Shown: piece by piece, positions 9,580 through 19,483 of the stretch
How the letters are laid out: every line of letters starts with the position of its first letter
Position numbering within the stretch: the first letter of the stretch is position 1
Source: Alphaproteobacteria bacterium
GTDB lineage: Bacteria > Pseudomonadota > Alphaproteobacteria > CACIAM-22H2
Assembly: GCA_016124335.1 (NCBI GenBank)
Contig: WGNX01000005.1
Location: 475,524-539,523, forward strand
Reading direction: 5' to 3'
DNA length: 64,000 nt
The notes under the pieces: model-generated
What the model saw: the letters and a program-made list of their open reading frames with translations, nothing else
Databases searched by the model: none
Told to the model about the DNA's origin: nothing
Translations under genes and position numbers: made by a program

Positions 9580-10407
9580 ATGAATGGGCGAATCCTCGGG
9601 GTTCTTGCGGCTACGGCGTTGATTTGTTGCAGTGCCGCAGCACTTGCGCAGTCGCCGGCCCCGCCGCAGGCGACAATTCTTCAGCGTGCGCAGGAAGTCA
9701 TCCCCGACAAGGTGAAATTCGCCCAGCAGATCGGCGTGACCAATCGCGTCACGCGCGACGGGCGACTGTTCGTTTCGACCTGGGCGCCGGTTGCGGCACC
9801 CCGCGGCTGGATTGTCGTGCTTCCAGATGCGCGCGGCTGGGCGCAGGAAGAGATCGCCGCCTGGCATCCCACGCTGGTCCGCCGGCAGACCGGCATCATC
9901 GCCACGCAATGGTGGTACGGCACCGGCGACGGTGCTGCGAACTATGCGACGGCGGAGGTGGTCTACCGCGAACTGGCGCAGGCACTGCGCACGATGGGCA
10001 TGAAGCCGGGATCGGTGCTGCTCTACGGCATCGGCCGCGGGGCGGAGCTGGCTTTCGCGATCCAGGCCTATGACCGCCATGCCGGGGGCCGGTTCTTCGC
10101 GGCCACGGCCGTCAATTCCGGCGCGATGGCCGAGGACGTGGCCGCCAACCGCAAGGTTGCGCAAGGGCAGTTTGGCCTCGGGCCGTTCGACGATACGCAC
10201 TGGATGTTTTTCTGTGGCGGCAAGGACAGCGAACCCGAACGGGCCGGTTGTCCCACGATGCGTGGCGCGTTCAACGCGGTGAAGCGCTTCGGCGGCAAGA
10301 ATGACCTGTTCATCGAAGATCCGGCCGGAAATCGCGCGAGCTTTCTGAAAAGCGCGAAGCATGTCGATGCGGTGCTCGACAAATATCTGTCGCTCCCACG
10401 ACCGTAG
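9580..10407 (+). CDS. Hypothetical secreted protein (possible alpha/beta-hydrolase-like fold, nucleophile Ser not evident)
   Basis: ORF 9547..10407 trimmed to MNGRILGVLAATALICCSAAALAQ (signal peptide). The G-I-G-R-G segment sits where a GxSxG elbow would be expected. Function not assignable. Confidence 0.6.
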   Translation: MNGRILGVLAATALICCSAAALAQSPAPPQATILQRAQEVIPDKVKFAQQIGVTNRVTRDGRLFVSTWAPVAAPRGWIVVLPDARGWAQEEIAAWHPTLVRRQTGIIATQWWYGTGDGAANYATAEVVYRELAQALRTMGMKPGSVLLYGIGRGAELAFAIQAYDRHAGGRFFAATAVNSGAMAEDVAANRKVAQGQFGLGPFDDTHWMFFCGGKDSEPERAGCPTMRGAFNAVKRFGGKNDLFIEDPAGNRASFLKSAKHVDAVLDKYLSLPRP

Positions 10408-10499
10408 TACGTCCATAAACGGAAATTTCAGGACTTCGTTGTAGCTTCGATCAAACGCGCGCGGACGTTGTATCCGCGTGCCAGACGGGCGAAGCCGGG

Positions 10500-10826
10500 A
10501 TGTCCTACGCCGCTGCATATCGTCAGGCCGCATGTTTCGTGATTGCCAGTGCGATCGCGCTGGCAGCCCTGCGATTCTGGCCGGCCGACGGGGTGGCGCG
10601 GATCGCGGCCGTCTTCCCGCCGGGCTGGACGGCCGAACGCAGCTTTGCCGCGAGTGCGACGGCAGGTGCGGCGGTGCTTTCGCCGGGCGGCTGGCGCAAT
10701 GTCGTGGTGGTTTCCGCCGATGCGAACGCGCGCGACGCGCTTCTGCGGGCCGGCGCGCTTTTCTTTCTCGATGCCGAAGCGCTCGCCGCATGTGCGGGCG
10801 ATGCGCCGGCGCCCCTTCCTCTCTGA
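10500..10826 (+). CDS. Hypothetical small protein with N-terminal hydrophobic segment
   Basis: 108-aa ORF with high third-position G+C by eye. It ends 22 nt before the chemoreceptor start. No recognisable family. Confidence 0.35.
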   Translation: MSYAAAYRQAACFVIASAIALAALRFWPADGVARIAAVFPPGWTAERSFAASATAGAAVLSPGGWRNVVVVSADANARDALLRAGALFFLDAEALAACAGDAPAPLPL

Positions 10827-10848
10827 TCCCCCCAACGGAGCCCGCGAT

Positions 10849-12306
10849 ATGGAAACCTCGCTCAACCGGCTGCGCCGCAATGCCGCGAAATTCGTCATCG
10901 GCCTTCTGTGGCTGCACCCCGCCGGCATTCTCGCCTTCGCGCTGCTGACCGGCGGCGCGCTCTGGCCGGTCGGCCTTGCCGTCGCCGCCGCCCTCGTGCC
11001 CACCGTCGCGTGGCGCCGTTCGGCGCTGTCGCCCTCCGCGCGGCTGCTTGCATCGGTCGGCTATGTCGCGATGGTTTCGCTGCTGCTCTACCAGTCGTCG
11101 GGCATGCGCATGCAGATCGACGTGCACATGTACTATTTCGCGGCGCTCGCCATCCTTGCCGCCTTCTGCGACTGGCGCACGATCCTTGCCGCGGCTGCGG
11201 CTACGGCGGTGCATCATCTCGTGCTGAATTCCGTCTATCCGGCGGCTGTCTTCCCCGCCGGCGCGGATTTCCTGCGTGTCGTCCTGCATGCGGTGATCGT
11301 GGTCGGCGAAACGGCGGCCCTTGTCTGGCTGACACTGACGATGGAGCGTGCCTCGGCGGTGCAGGATGCCAACCTCGCCAAGGCCGAAGCGGCAGCGGCG
11401 GAAGCCGAACGCCTGCGCGGCACGCAGGCCGACGACCGCGCGCAGGTCGATGCGCGCCGCAGCGCCGAGTTGCAGTCGGTCGCGGGCACGCTCGAAGCGG
11501 GTGTGGGCGGGATCGCGAAGTCGCTTTCCGAAGCCTCCGATGCCATGCAGGCGGCGGCCGACCGGATGGCGCGCAACGCCGATGACACGCGCGAACGCGC
11601 GAGCGCGGTTTCCGATGCCTCGCGCGAAGCATCCGAAAACGTGCAGGCCGTCGCCTCGGCCACGCAGGAACTCTCGGCGTCCATCGGCGAGATCGCGCGC
11701 CAGGTTTCCGGCACGACGGCCGCTGCCGATCAGGCCGCGGAGTCGAGCCGTGCGGCGAGCGACCTTATCCAGCGCCTCGACGTATCCGCCCAGCGCATTG
11801 GCGAGGTCGTCAGCCTCATCAACGGGATTGCCTCGCAGACGAACCTTCTGGCCCTCAACGCCACGATCGAAGCGGCGCGGGCGGGCGAGGCCGGCAAGGG
11901 CTTCGCGGTGGTCGCAAGCGAGGTGAAGACGCTTGCCAACCAGACCGGCAAGGCAACCGATGACATCGCGGCCCAGGTCGGCGAGATCCAGGCCGAAACC
12001 GGGCGTGTGGTCGAGGCGATCGCGCGCATCTCCGAAGTCGCCGCAACGATCCGCGGGCAGGTTTCCTCGATCGCGGCTGCCATGGAGCAGCAGGGGGCCG
12101 CGACGGCCGAAATCGCGCGCAACGTCGAGGCGGTCGCGGCGACGACTCGGCGTGTCAGCGAGAATATCGACGGTGTCGGCAAGACGGCGAGTGAAACCGG
12201 CACGGCTTCGGGTGCGGTGCGCGAATCGGCACGCGGCATCGCCGGTCAGTCGCAGGCGTTGGCGGGGCAGATCCAGTCGTTCCTGTCGAAGCTCCGCGCC
12301 GGATAA
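10849..12306 (+). CDS. Methyl-accepting chemotaxis protein with polytopic (about 6 TM) N-terminal module
   Basis: ORF 10543..12306 trimmed to METSLNRL (AACGGAG RBS upstream). Highly conserved MCP hairpin [36 protein letters not shown]. Confidence 0.85.
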   Translation: METSLNRLRRNAAKFVIGLLWLHPAGILAFALLTGGALWPVGLAVAAALVPTVAWRRSALSPSARLLASVGYVAMVSLLLYQSSGMRMQIDVHMYYFAALAILAAFCDWRTILAAAAATAVHHLVLNSVYPAAVFPAGADFLRVVLHAVIVVGETAALVWLTLTMERASAVQDANLAKAEAAAAEAERLRGTQADDRAQVDARRSAELQSVAGTLEAGVGGIAKSLSEASDAMQAAADRMARNADDTRERASAVSDASREASENVQAVASATQELSASIGEIARQVSGTTAAADQAAESSRAASDLIQRLDVSAQRIGEVVSLINGIASQTNLLALNATIEAARAGEAGKGFAVVASEVKTLANQTGKATDDIAAQVGEIQAETGRVVEAIARISEVAATIRGQVSSIAAAMEQQGAATAEIARNVEAVAATTRRVSENIDGVGKTASETGTASGAVRESARGIAGQSQALAGQIQSFLSKLRAG

Positions 12307-12312
12307 ACGGCG

Positions 12313-12951
12313 CTAGCAGGGCGCGCGGTTGACGAAGCCGACCCGCCACGAATGCCCGACACCGGCCCCTTCGAGCCGGTCAACGCGCGTGACCGAAAGC
12401 GTGTCGACCGTCATCGCCAGCGCCTTTTCAGGCTCGATCGCCAGCGCGTGGGCGACCGCCGCGCGGATCGTGCCGCCGTGACAGACGACGGGCACGTCCT
12501 TGCCGCGATTTGCCGTGGCGAGCGCGTCGAGCGCCTTTGAGACGCGCGCGCAGACTTCCTTGAAACTTTCGCCGCCGTCGGGCTTCACCTCGGCCATCGT
12601 CAGCCAATGGCGGTGCGATTTTTCGGGCGCGCCGAAACCGTAGGCGCCGAGTTCGACATAGGTGCGACCCTGCCAGTCGCCGAAGCACTGCTCGATCATG
12701 CCCTCGGCAACCGTGAAGGCCGGCCGGGTGCCGCCCTTGGCTGCCCAGATCGCATCGGCCGTGCGGCGCGTGCGCGACAGCGGCGTCACGTGCCAGGCGC
12801 CGCTGTCGGGCACGATTCGCGCAAGGCCCGCGAAGGCGGCCGCGTTCGTGGTGTCGCATTCGACATCCTTGGTGCCGTAGCAGCGCCCCTGCTGGCCCAC
12901 GACGGGGGCATGACGCACGAGCCAGAAGCGGGTTTCGATAAGGCCTTCCAT
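12313..12951 (-). CDS. cobC: Histidine phosphatase family protein, probable alpha-ribazole phosphatase CobC
   Basis: 212 aa with RFWLVRHAPV (RH motif) and VCHGGTIRA (second catalytic His). Immediately downstream of cobS. Confidence 0.7.
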   Translation of the reverse strand: MEGLIETRFWLVRHAPVVGQQGRCYGTKDVECDTTNAAAFAGLARIVPDSGAWHVTPLSRTRRTADAIWAAKGGTRPAFTVAEGMIEQCFGDWQGRTYVELGAYGFGAPEKSHRHWLTMAEVKPDGGESFKEVCARVSKALDALATANRGKDVPVVCHGGTIRAAVAHALAIEPEKALAMTVDTLSVTRVDRLEGAGVGHSWRVGFVNRAPC

Positions 12952-12966
12952 GTCTCTCTTTCCGGT

Positions 12967-13755
12967 CTAGAGCGATTGCGCGACAAGTGCGGCAAGCAGG
13001 ATCGCGATTTCGGCAGTCTGCTGGACTGCGCCCAGCACGTCGCCGGTCTGCCCACCGAGGCGGTTTTGCGCGCGGCGGATGCAGGCGTATGTGCCGGCGG
13101 CCGCGAATAGCGCGCCGAAGATCGCCGTCGTCGGACCGGCAAGCAGCAGGAACGCGGCGCCAATGGCAAGCGTGTCGAACATGCGCGCGCGATCCGGCCT
13201 GCCGGCGGCATGCGAAAGTCCGTCGGTGCGCGCAGGCGGCAGCACATGCATCGCGTAGACCATGCAGGCGCGCGAGGCACACGCGGCTGCCGCCAGCGCC
13301 AGCACAACGTCGAACGGATCGGCGAGGTAGGACAGCGCGCCCGCGCGCAGGCCGATCGCGACGACAAGCGCCAGCACGCCAAACGTGCCGATGCGGCTGT
13401 CGCGCATGATCTCGAGCCGTCGTTCGCGCGTGCGCCCGCCGCCGGCATCGGCGAAATCGGCAAGCCCGTCCTCGTGCAGCGCACCGCTCGTCCATGCCAT
13501 CGTCGCGACGGCCAGCAGGCCCGCAAGCGTGGGCGGGATGCCGATCGTCCAGGCGATCGCGTAGACGATCGCGCCGGCCAGCGCCACCGGCAGGCCGGCG
13601 AACGGGAAGGCGCGTGCGCCCGCGGCGAGCGGCAGCTCGCCGACATGGGCAGGCAGGCGCACCGGAATGCGCGTCAGGAACGCGAAGGCAAGCCGCAGCT
13701 CGTTGCCGAATCCGGGGCGTTCGGACACGAATTCAGGGTCGGTATCGGCGGACAT
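12967..13755 (-). CDS. cobS: Adenosylcobinamide-GDP ribazoletransferase (cobalamin synthase CobS/CobV)
   Basis: ORF 12967..13824 trimmed to MSADTDPEF. Polytopic membrane protein with AFAFLTRIPV, typical of CobS. Confidence 0.85.
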   Translation of the reverse strand: MSADTDPEFVSERPGFGNELRLAFAFLTRIPVRLPAHVGELPLAAGARAFPFAGLPVALAGAIVYAIAWTIGIPPTLAGLLAVATMAWTSGALHEDGLADFADAGGGRTRERRLEIMRDSRIGTFGVLALVVAIGLRAGALSYLADPFDVVLALAAAACASRACMVYAMHVLPPARTDGLSHAAGRPDRARMFDTLAIGAAFLLLAGPTTAIFGALFAAAGTYACIRRAQNRLGGQTGDVLGAVQQTAEIAILLAALVAQSL

Positions 13756-13850
13756 GCGGGAGGACGTAAATATTCGCGGGCTTGCGGAGAAGGGCGCGGG
13801 AAGATAGGACGCCACGGCAAGCAACGCCAGCCCGGAAAGCCAATCAAGCC

Positions 13851-14870
13851 ATGCCCGAACCCGTCGCCTCTTTTGCCGAGATCCTTGCCCTGCTGCCGGA
13901 ACTGCCGGGCCCGGACCTGGAAAGCGCCACCAAGGCGGCCGCGCGCGAGGCCCAGTTGACCAAACCCGCCGGTGCCTTGGGCCGGCTGGAGGAGATTTCG
14001 GGCTGGATGGCGACCTGGCAGGGTGCCCACCCGGCGCGCATCAACCGCCCCCGGGTGGCGGTGTTCGCGGCCAACCACGGCATCGCGGCGCGCGGCGTCT
14101 CGGCCTTCCCGGCGGCGGTGACCGCACAGATGGTGCAGAATTTCGTTTCGGGCGGCGCGGCGGTGAACCAGCTTTGCACCGCCTTCGACGCCGAGCTGCG
14201 CGTCTACGAAATGGCGCTGGAAAAGCCGACCGCCGATTTCGCCGCCGGCCCCGCGATGGACGAGGGCGAATGCGCGCGCGCGATCGCTTACGGGATGATG
14301 GCGGTCGAGCCGGGCATCGACCTTCTGTGCCTGGGCGAAATGGGGATCGCGAACACGACGTCAGCCTCGGCGATCTGCATCGGGCTGTTCGGCGGTACGG
14401 CGGAAGACTGGGTCGGTCCCGGTACGGGCGTGGCGGGCGAAGCGATGGCGCGCAAGAAGGCGGCGGTCGATCTCGCCGCGAGGCTGCACTTCGCCGAGAA
14501 GCGCAAGCCGCTGGACGTGCTGGCGCGCGCGGGCGGCTTCGAGCTTGCGGCGATCGCCGGTGCCATCCTTGCCGCGCGCCTTGCGCGCGTGCCCGTGCTG
14601 CTCGACGGGTTCGCCTGCACGGTTGCGGGTGCGGTCGTCCAAGCACTCGATCCGCGCGGGCTCGACCATTGCCAGGTCGCGCACATGTCGGCCGAGCCCG
14701 GCCATCGCCGCCTGCTTGAGCGGCTGGGTCGCAAGCCGCTGTTCGATTTCGGCATGCGGCTGGGCGAAGCGTCGGGGGCAGCCCTTGCCATCGCGGTGGT
14801 GCGCGGCGCACTTGCCTGCCACAACGGCATGGCGACCTTCGCCGACGCGGGCGTGGCCGGGAAAGACTAG
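13851..14870 (+). CDS. cobT: Nicotinate-nucleotide--dimethylbenzimidazole phosphoribosyltransferase CobT
   Basis: ORF 13782..14870 trimmed to MPEPVASF. Motifs LTKPAGALGRLEE and LGEMGIANTT. Confidence 0.9.
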   Translation: MPEPVASFAEILALLPELPGPDLESATKAAAREAQLTKPAGALGRLEEISGWMATWQGAHPARINRPRVAVFAANHGIAARGVSAFPAAVTAQMVQNFVSGGAAVNQLCTAFDAELRVYEMALEKPTADFAAGPAMDEGECARAIAYGMMAVEPGIDLLCLGEMGIANTTSASAICIGLFGGTAEDWVGPGTGVAGEAMARKKAAVDLAARLHFAEKRKPLDVLARAGGFELAAIAGAILAARLARVPVLLDGFACTVAGAVVQALDPRGLDHCQVAHMSAEPGHRRLLERLGRKPLFDFGMRLGEASGAALAIAVVRGALACHNGMATFADAGVAGKD

Positions 14871-15082
14871 CCCGCCGATCCTGCGGGGGTGGAGCCGCGC
14901 GATCGGCCCGCTCGCGTAGCCGGGCGGGCGGGATAGCCTTTCCGGATCATGAAATTCGCCCCGTTCATCGATCTTGGCCTGGCCGCGCGCGGCCAGCGCC
15001 CGCCGCGCATCGGCGAAGCCGTGCCGCTGCACGTGCCCAACCTTGCTTCCCTTCTGGCGCGGATCGGGCGACGATCCCGGGC

Positions 15083-15979
15083 ATGACCGCCGCTCCCTGG
15101 GACGATATCCGCGCCTTCCTTGCCGTTGCCGACGCGGGCAGTTTCGCGAAGGCCGCGCGCGCCACGAAACTGAGCGAAGCCACGCTGGGCCGCCACGTGA
15201 AGGCGCTCGAGGCGCATCTGGACGCACCCTTGTTCGACCGGCTGCCCAACGCGCTGCGTCTGACCGCACTCGGCCGCGAGGCGCTGGAAGGTGCCCGCGC
15301 GATGGAAGCCGGCGCCACGACACTCGACCGGCGTGCGAAGATCGCTCGCGAGCCCGCGCAACGGCCCGTCGTGGTCAGTTCGGTCAATTCGATCGCATGG
15401 TTTCTCGTTCGCAACATGGCCGCACTGAAGCGCGAGACCGGCGAGGTGCTGGTGACGCTGACGCCCACGCGCAACGCGGTCAACCTCGCGCGGCGCGAGG
15501 CGGATATAGCACTGCGCATGCTCGATCTGCCCGATGCGCCCGATCTTGCCGGGCGCAAGGTCGCGGTCGTCGCGAACGCGATCTATGCCTCGCATGCCTA
15601 TCTTGCCGAGCATCGGCGCAGGCCCGCCGACGGGATCGACGGCATCGATTTCATCATGCGCGAGACGGGATCGGAGCGCTCGCCGCAGGCACGCTTCTCC
15701 GCGGCGATCGCGCCGCGCGTGCGCACGGTGTTGCGCGTTTCCGAAACCGTGCTGCGCCATCAGGCGGCGGTCGACGGCATGGGTGCCACGCTTCTGCCCT
15801 GTCACCTTGGCGACGGCGACGCGCGCCTTGCGCGCATCGGCGATCCGGTTCCCGAACTGCTGGAGGACATGTACCTGATCGTCCATCGCGACATGCGCCG
15901 CGTGGCGCTCGTGCGCGGCGTGGCCGATGCGCTCGTGCGGCTGTTCAAGCGCAACGCCCGCGTGCTCGCCGGGCGCTAG
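15083..15979 (+). CDS. LysR family transcriptional regulator
   Basis: 298 aa. N-terminal wHTH FLAVADAGSFAKAARATKLSEATLGRHVKALE followed by a LysR substrate-binding region. Confidence 0.85.
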   Translation: MTAAPWDDIRAFLAVADAGSFAKAARATKLSEATLGRHVKALEAHLDAPLFDRLPNALRLTALGREALEGARAMEAGATTLDRRAKIAREPAQRPVVVSSVNSIAWFLVRNMAALKRETGEVLVTLTPTRNAVNLARREADIALRMLDLPDAPDLAGRKVAVVANAIYASHAYLAEHRRRPADGIDGIDFIMRETGSERSPQARFSAAIAPRVRTVLRVSETVLRHQAAVDGMGATLLPCHLGDGDARLARIGDPVPELLEDMYLIVHRDMRRVALVRGVADALVRLFKRNARVLAGR

Positions 15980-15980
15980 C

Positions 15981-16778
15981 CTATTCGCTCGACTGAAGCA
16001 GCTGCCCGCGCACGCGCGCGCGGGAAAAGGCGTAAAGGAACGCCGCGAAGCCGAGGCCGATATAGACCGCATCCAGCGCGGCGGCCGAAGCGAGGAGATC
16101 CCAGCGGAATTCGTCGCGATAGACGACCGAACGCATGCCTTCGAAGACGTGCGTGGACGGCAGCGCCCAGGCGAGCGGGCGCAGCCACACGGGCAGCGTG
16201 TCGACCGGATACCATACGCCCGACACGGGCTGCAGCACGAAGACGAGCGCCCAGGCGTAAGATTCGGCCGCCAGTCCGAAGCGGAACAGCAGCGAGGCGA
16301 TAATGAGCCCGGCGGCCCAGCCGAATCCGATCAACAGCACCCAGAAGGCGACCAGCGGCAGGCCCATCTCGAAGACCGAATAGTGGAACATCGGGATCGC
16401 CAGCAGGGCGGCCGGCACGATCCCGATGAGCGAACGGACCACGCCCATGACCATCAGCGACACGCCGAACTCGAACGGGCGCAGCGGCGAGACGAACAGG
16501 TTGGCGAGGTTGCGCGACCACATTTCCTCGAGCAGCGAGAAGGTGAAACCGAACTGCGAGCGCACCAGCACGTCCCATAGCAGGACCGAGCCGATCAGCA
16601 CGCCGGCCGCGTTGGCAAACCAGCTCGAATGCTGGTTGAGGTAGACCGTCATGAAGCCCCAGAGCAGCATCTGGAGCATCGGCCAGTACATCAGATCGAA
16701 CACGCGCGTCCACGACCCGCGGAAAAGGTAGAGATGGCGCTTCAGCATCGCGCCGATGCGGCCGAGCGACCCGCTCAT
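15981..16778 (-). CDS. ABC-2 type transporter permease
   Basis: ORF 15981..16928 trimmed to MSGSLGRIGAMLKRHLYLF. Six hydrophobic segments. ATGA overlap with the upstream ATPase stop. Confidence 0.8.
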   Translation of the reverse strand: MSGSLGRIGAMLKRHLYLFRGSWTRVFDLMYWPMLQMLLWGFMTVYLNQHSSWFANAAGVLIGSVLLWDVLVRSQFGFTFSLLEEMWSRNLANLFVSPLRPFEFGVSLMVMGVVRSLIGIVPAALLAIPMFHYSVFEMGLPLVAFWVLLIGFGWAAGLIIASLLFRFGLAAESYAWALVFVLQPVSGVWYPVDTLPVWLRPLAWALPSTHVFEGMRSVVYRDEFRWDLLASAAALDAVYIGLGFAAFLYAFSRARVRGQLLQSSE

Positions 16779-17533
16779 TGCGCGGCCTCGCTTTCGCCGT
16801 TGCCCGTGCCGCGCGCGATGTCGAGGAAAACCTCTTCCATCGTGTCGCGCCCGTAGCGGCGGATGAGCGCGTCGGGCGCGCCGCGATCGACGATGCGCCC
16901 GGCTTTCATCATCAGCACGTCCGCGCACAGCCGTTCGACCTCGCCCATGTTGTGCGAGGCAAGCAGGATCGAGGCGTGCGACCTCTTCGCGTAGGCCTCG
17001 AGATGGCCGCGCACGCGGTCGGCGGTGTCGGGGTCGAGGCTGGCGGTCGGCTCGTCGAGCAGCAGCAGTTCTGGCCGGTTGACCAGCGCCTTGGCCAGTG
17101 CCGCGCGGGTTTTCTGGCCCGAGGAGAGCGAGCCGGTCTTGCGGTCGAGCAGTGCCGTCAGGTCAAGCTCGTGTGCCAGTTCGTCGATGCGCGCGGGCAG
17201 ATCGGCCACGCCGTAAAGCCCGCCGAAGACCGACAGGTTCTCGCGCACGGTCAACCGGCCCGGCAGGTCGACATAGGGCGAGGAAAAATTGAGGGCGGGC
17301 AGCGCCCGGAAGCGGTGGCGCAGCATGTCGTGGCCGAGGATGCGGATCACGCCCGACGTCGGCACGAGGATACCCAGCAGCATCGAGATCGTCGTCGTCT
17401 TGCCCGCACCGTTGCCACCCAGCAGGCCAACGATCTGGCCGCGCGGGACGGTGAACGAAATCGCATCGACGGCCGGCGCCCCTTCGGCCCGGAACCGCTT
17501 GGTCAGGCCGTCGACCTTTATCGCGTCTTCCAT
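16775..17533 (-). CDS. ABC transporter ATP-binding protein
   Basis: Last 252 aa of ORF 16775..19057, starting at MEDAIKVDGL. Walker A GGNGAGKTT, signature LSSGQKTR, Walker B LLLLDEPT. Confidence 0.9.
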   Translation of the reverse strand: MEDAIKVDGLTKRFRAEGAPAVDAISFTVPRGQIVGLLGGNGAGKTTTISMLLGILVPTSGVIRILGHDMLRHRFRALPALNFSSPYVDLPGRLTVRENLSVFGGLYGVADLPARIDELAHELDLTALLDRKTGSLSSGQKTRAALAKALVNRPELLLLDEPTASLDPDTADRVRGHLEAYAKRSHASILLASHNMGEVERLCADVLMMKAGRIVDRGAPDALIRRYGRDTMEEVFLDIARGTGNGESEAAQ

Positions 17534-17608
17534 CACGGGGTGATATATGGCGCGTTCCGGCCGCGCTTGCCAGTGCGGTCCGCCAGCAGGGGCAGCACGA
17601 CGCCAAAA

Positions 17609-18928
17609 ATGCCGCCGTTCATCCAGGCCTTTGCCGAGACCACCGCCCGCGCGCCGCTTGTGGGCCGCGTGCGCCTGCGCACGCTCGTTTCGGTGCGCTG
17701 GTTTGCGGTCGCCGGGCAGGCGAGCGCCATCCTTTTCGTCTATTTCGGCCTCGGCCACGATTTTGCGCTCGCCGCGACGCTGGGTGCCGTCGGCGTATCG
17801 GCCGTGCTGAACGGGGTCCTGATGCTGGACCGGCCACCGGCCGGCCGTCTCGACGACCGCGCGGCGGGCGCCGTGCTCGGCTACGACGTGTTGCAGCTGG
17901 CCACGCTGCTCTATTTCACCGGCGGGCTCACCAACCCGTTTGCCGTGCTGCTCGTCGCACCCGTCGCCGTCGCGGCAAGTTCGCTCACCCGCGGTTCGAC
18001 CGTCCTGCTCGCCACGCTCGCGGTCGTTGCCGCGGGCCTGCTTGCGCGCTGGCACGACCCGCTGCCGGGCAGTGCCATGACGGACGGGTTGCCGCCCGTT
18101 CTTGCCTTTGGCATCTGGCTGGCGCTGGCGCTGACCGTCGTGTTCGTGGCGGCCTATGTCGGCCGGCTTGCCGGCGAGGCGCGGCAGATGTCCGATGCGC
18201 TTTCGGCCGCACAGGCGGCGCTCGCGCGCGAAAACCGCATGGCGGCGGTGGGCGGCCTCGCTGCCGCGGCGGCACACGAACTGGGCACGCCGCTTGCCAC
18301 CATCGCGGTCGTCGCCAAGGAGCTTGCCAAGGACGCGCCCGAGGGCCCGGTGCGCGAGGATGCCGAACTGCTGCTCAAGGAAGCGATGCGCTGCCGCGAT
18401 ATCCTTGCCCGGCTTGCCGCGAAGCCCGAGGGCGGCGGGCCGGAAGGCAACCCGTTCCCGCAGCCGCCGCTTTCCGTACTGCTGCGCGAGATCGCGGCGC
18501 GCTATGCGCGCGGCGGGATCGTGCCGCAGGTCAGCGGCGACTTCGCCGACGGCTACGATCCGCCGACGGCCCGCGCGCCCGAGCTTGTGCAGGCTTTGGG
18601 CACGCTGATCGAGAACGCGTGTCAGTTCGCGCGCGAGAAGGTAGCCGTGCGGGTCTGGTCGGATGCCGGTTCGGTGGGCGTCGATGTCGCCGACGACGGG
18701 CCGGGCTTCGCGCCGGAAATCTTCGCCAGGCTGGGCGAACCCTATATCTCGACCCGCCGGGACGAGGGCGACCATATGGGGCTGGGCATCTTCATCGCGA
18801 CGACGTTGCTTTCCCGGTCCGGTGGTGCGGTATCCTGCGCCAACGCCGCCGGTGGCGGTGCTTGCGTGTCCGTGGTATGGCCGCGCGGAGCGTTTCCCGA
18901 CGCCGCAAGGAGCGGACGGACCACATGA
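17609..18928 (+). CDS. regB: Redox-responsive sensor histidine kinase RegB/PrrB/ActS
   Basis: ORF 16778..18928 trimmed to MPPFIQAF. Polytopic N-terminus with quinone-box GGLTNPF, H-box AAAAHELGTPLATI, and a Cys in ENACQFA. Confidence 0.85.
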   Translation: MPPFIQAFAETTARAPLVGRVRLRTLVSVRWFAVAGQASAILFVYFGLGHDFALAATLGAVGVSAVLNGVLMLDRPPAGRLDDRAAGAVLGYDVLQLATLLYFTGGLTNPFAVLLVAPVAVAASSLTRGSTVLLATLAVVAAGLLARWHDPLPGSAMTDGLPPVLAFGIWLALALTVVFVAAYVGRLAGEARQMSDALSAAQAALARENRMAAVGGLAAAAAHELGTPLATIAVVAKELAKDAPEGPVREDAELLLKEAMRCRDILARLAAKPEGGGPEGNPFPQPPLSVLLREIAARYARGGIVPQVSGDFADGYDPPTARAPELVQALGTLIENACQFAREKVAVRVWSDAGSVGVDVADDGPGFAPEIFARLGEPYISTRRDEGDHMGLGIFIATTLLSRSGGAVSCANAAGGGACVSVVWPRGAFPDAARSGRTT

Positions 18929-19476
18929 GCGATATCGACGCCGGAGCCAAGCACCTGCTGATCGTCGAGGACGACGAAGCCTTCCGCCTGCGGCTGGCGC
19001 GCGCGATGGAACGGCGCGGCTATGTCGTGACGATGGCCGAATCGATCGCGGCGGCAAGTACGGCGATCGAGACGCATGCGCCGGAATATGCGGTCGTCGA
19101 TCTCAAGCTCGGCGATGGCTCCGGGCTCGATCTCGTGCCGCGCATCCGCGAACTGGCACCCGACGCGCGCGTCGTGATCCTGACCGGCTATGGCAACATC
19201 GCCACGTCGGTCGCCGCGATCAAGGCGGGGGCGGTCGACTACCTGCCCAAGCCGTCGGATGCCGATGCGATCGATGCGGCCCTGCAGGCGGTCGACCGTG
19301 CGTTGCCGGCACCGCCCGAGCACCCGATGTCGGCCGACCGTGTTCGCTGGGAGCATATCCAGCGCGTGTTCGAACAGTGCGACCGCAATGTTTCGGAAAC
19401 CGCGCGCCGGCTCAACATGCATCGCCGCACGCTCCAGCGCATCCTCGCCAAGCACGCGCCGCGCGAGAACAGCTGA
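18925..19476 (+). CDS. regA: Response regulator RegA/PrrA/ActR
   Basis: ORF 18619..19476 trimmed to MSDIDAGAKHLLIVEDDEAF. The characteristic invariant HTH NVSETARRLNMHRRTLQRIL is present. ATGA overlap with the regB stop. Confidence 0.9.
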   Translation: MSDIDAGAKHLLIVEDDEAFRLRLARAMERRGYVVTMAESIAAASTAIETHAPEYAVVDLKLGDGSGLDLVPRIRELAPDARVVILTGYGNIATSVAAIKAGAVDYLPKPSDADAIDAALQAVDRALPAPPEHPMSADRVRWEHIQRVFEQCDRNVSETARRLNMHRRTLQRILAKHAPRENS

Positions 19477-19483
19477 GCGCTCC

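Noticed and set aside
13756-13850. Possible second cobalamin riboswitch in the cobS/cobT divergent spacer
   Set aside because: The spacer is only about 95 nt and has no B12 box or GCCACTG/CAACTGTAA-type elements.
14867-16072. 401-aa minus-strand ORF
   Set aside because: Antisense to a clear LysR regulator (15083..15979), with no recognisable motifs.
16778-17608. 5' 277 codons of the track ORF 16778..18928 (would extend RegB)
   Set aside because: This part is antisense to the ABC ATPase gene. RegB-like sequence begins only at the ATG at 17609.
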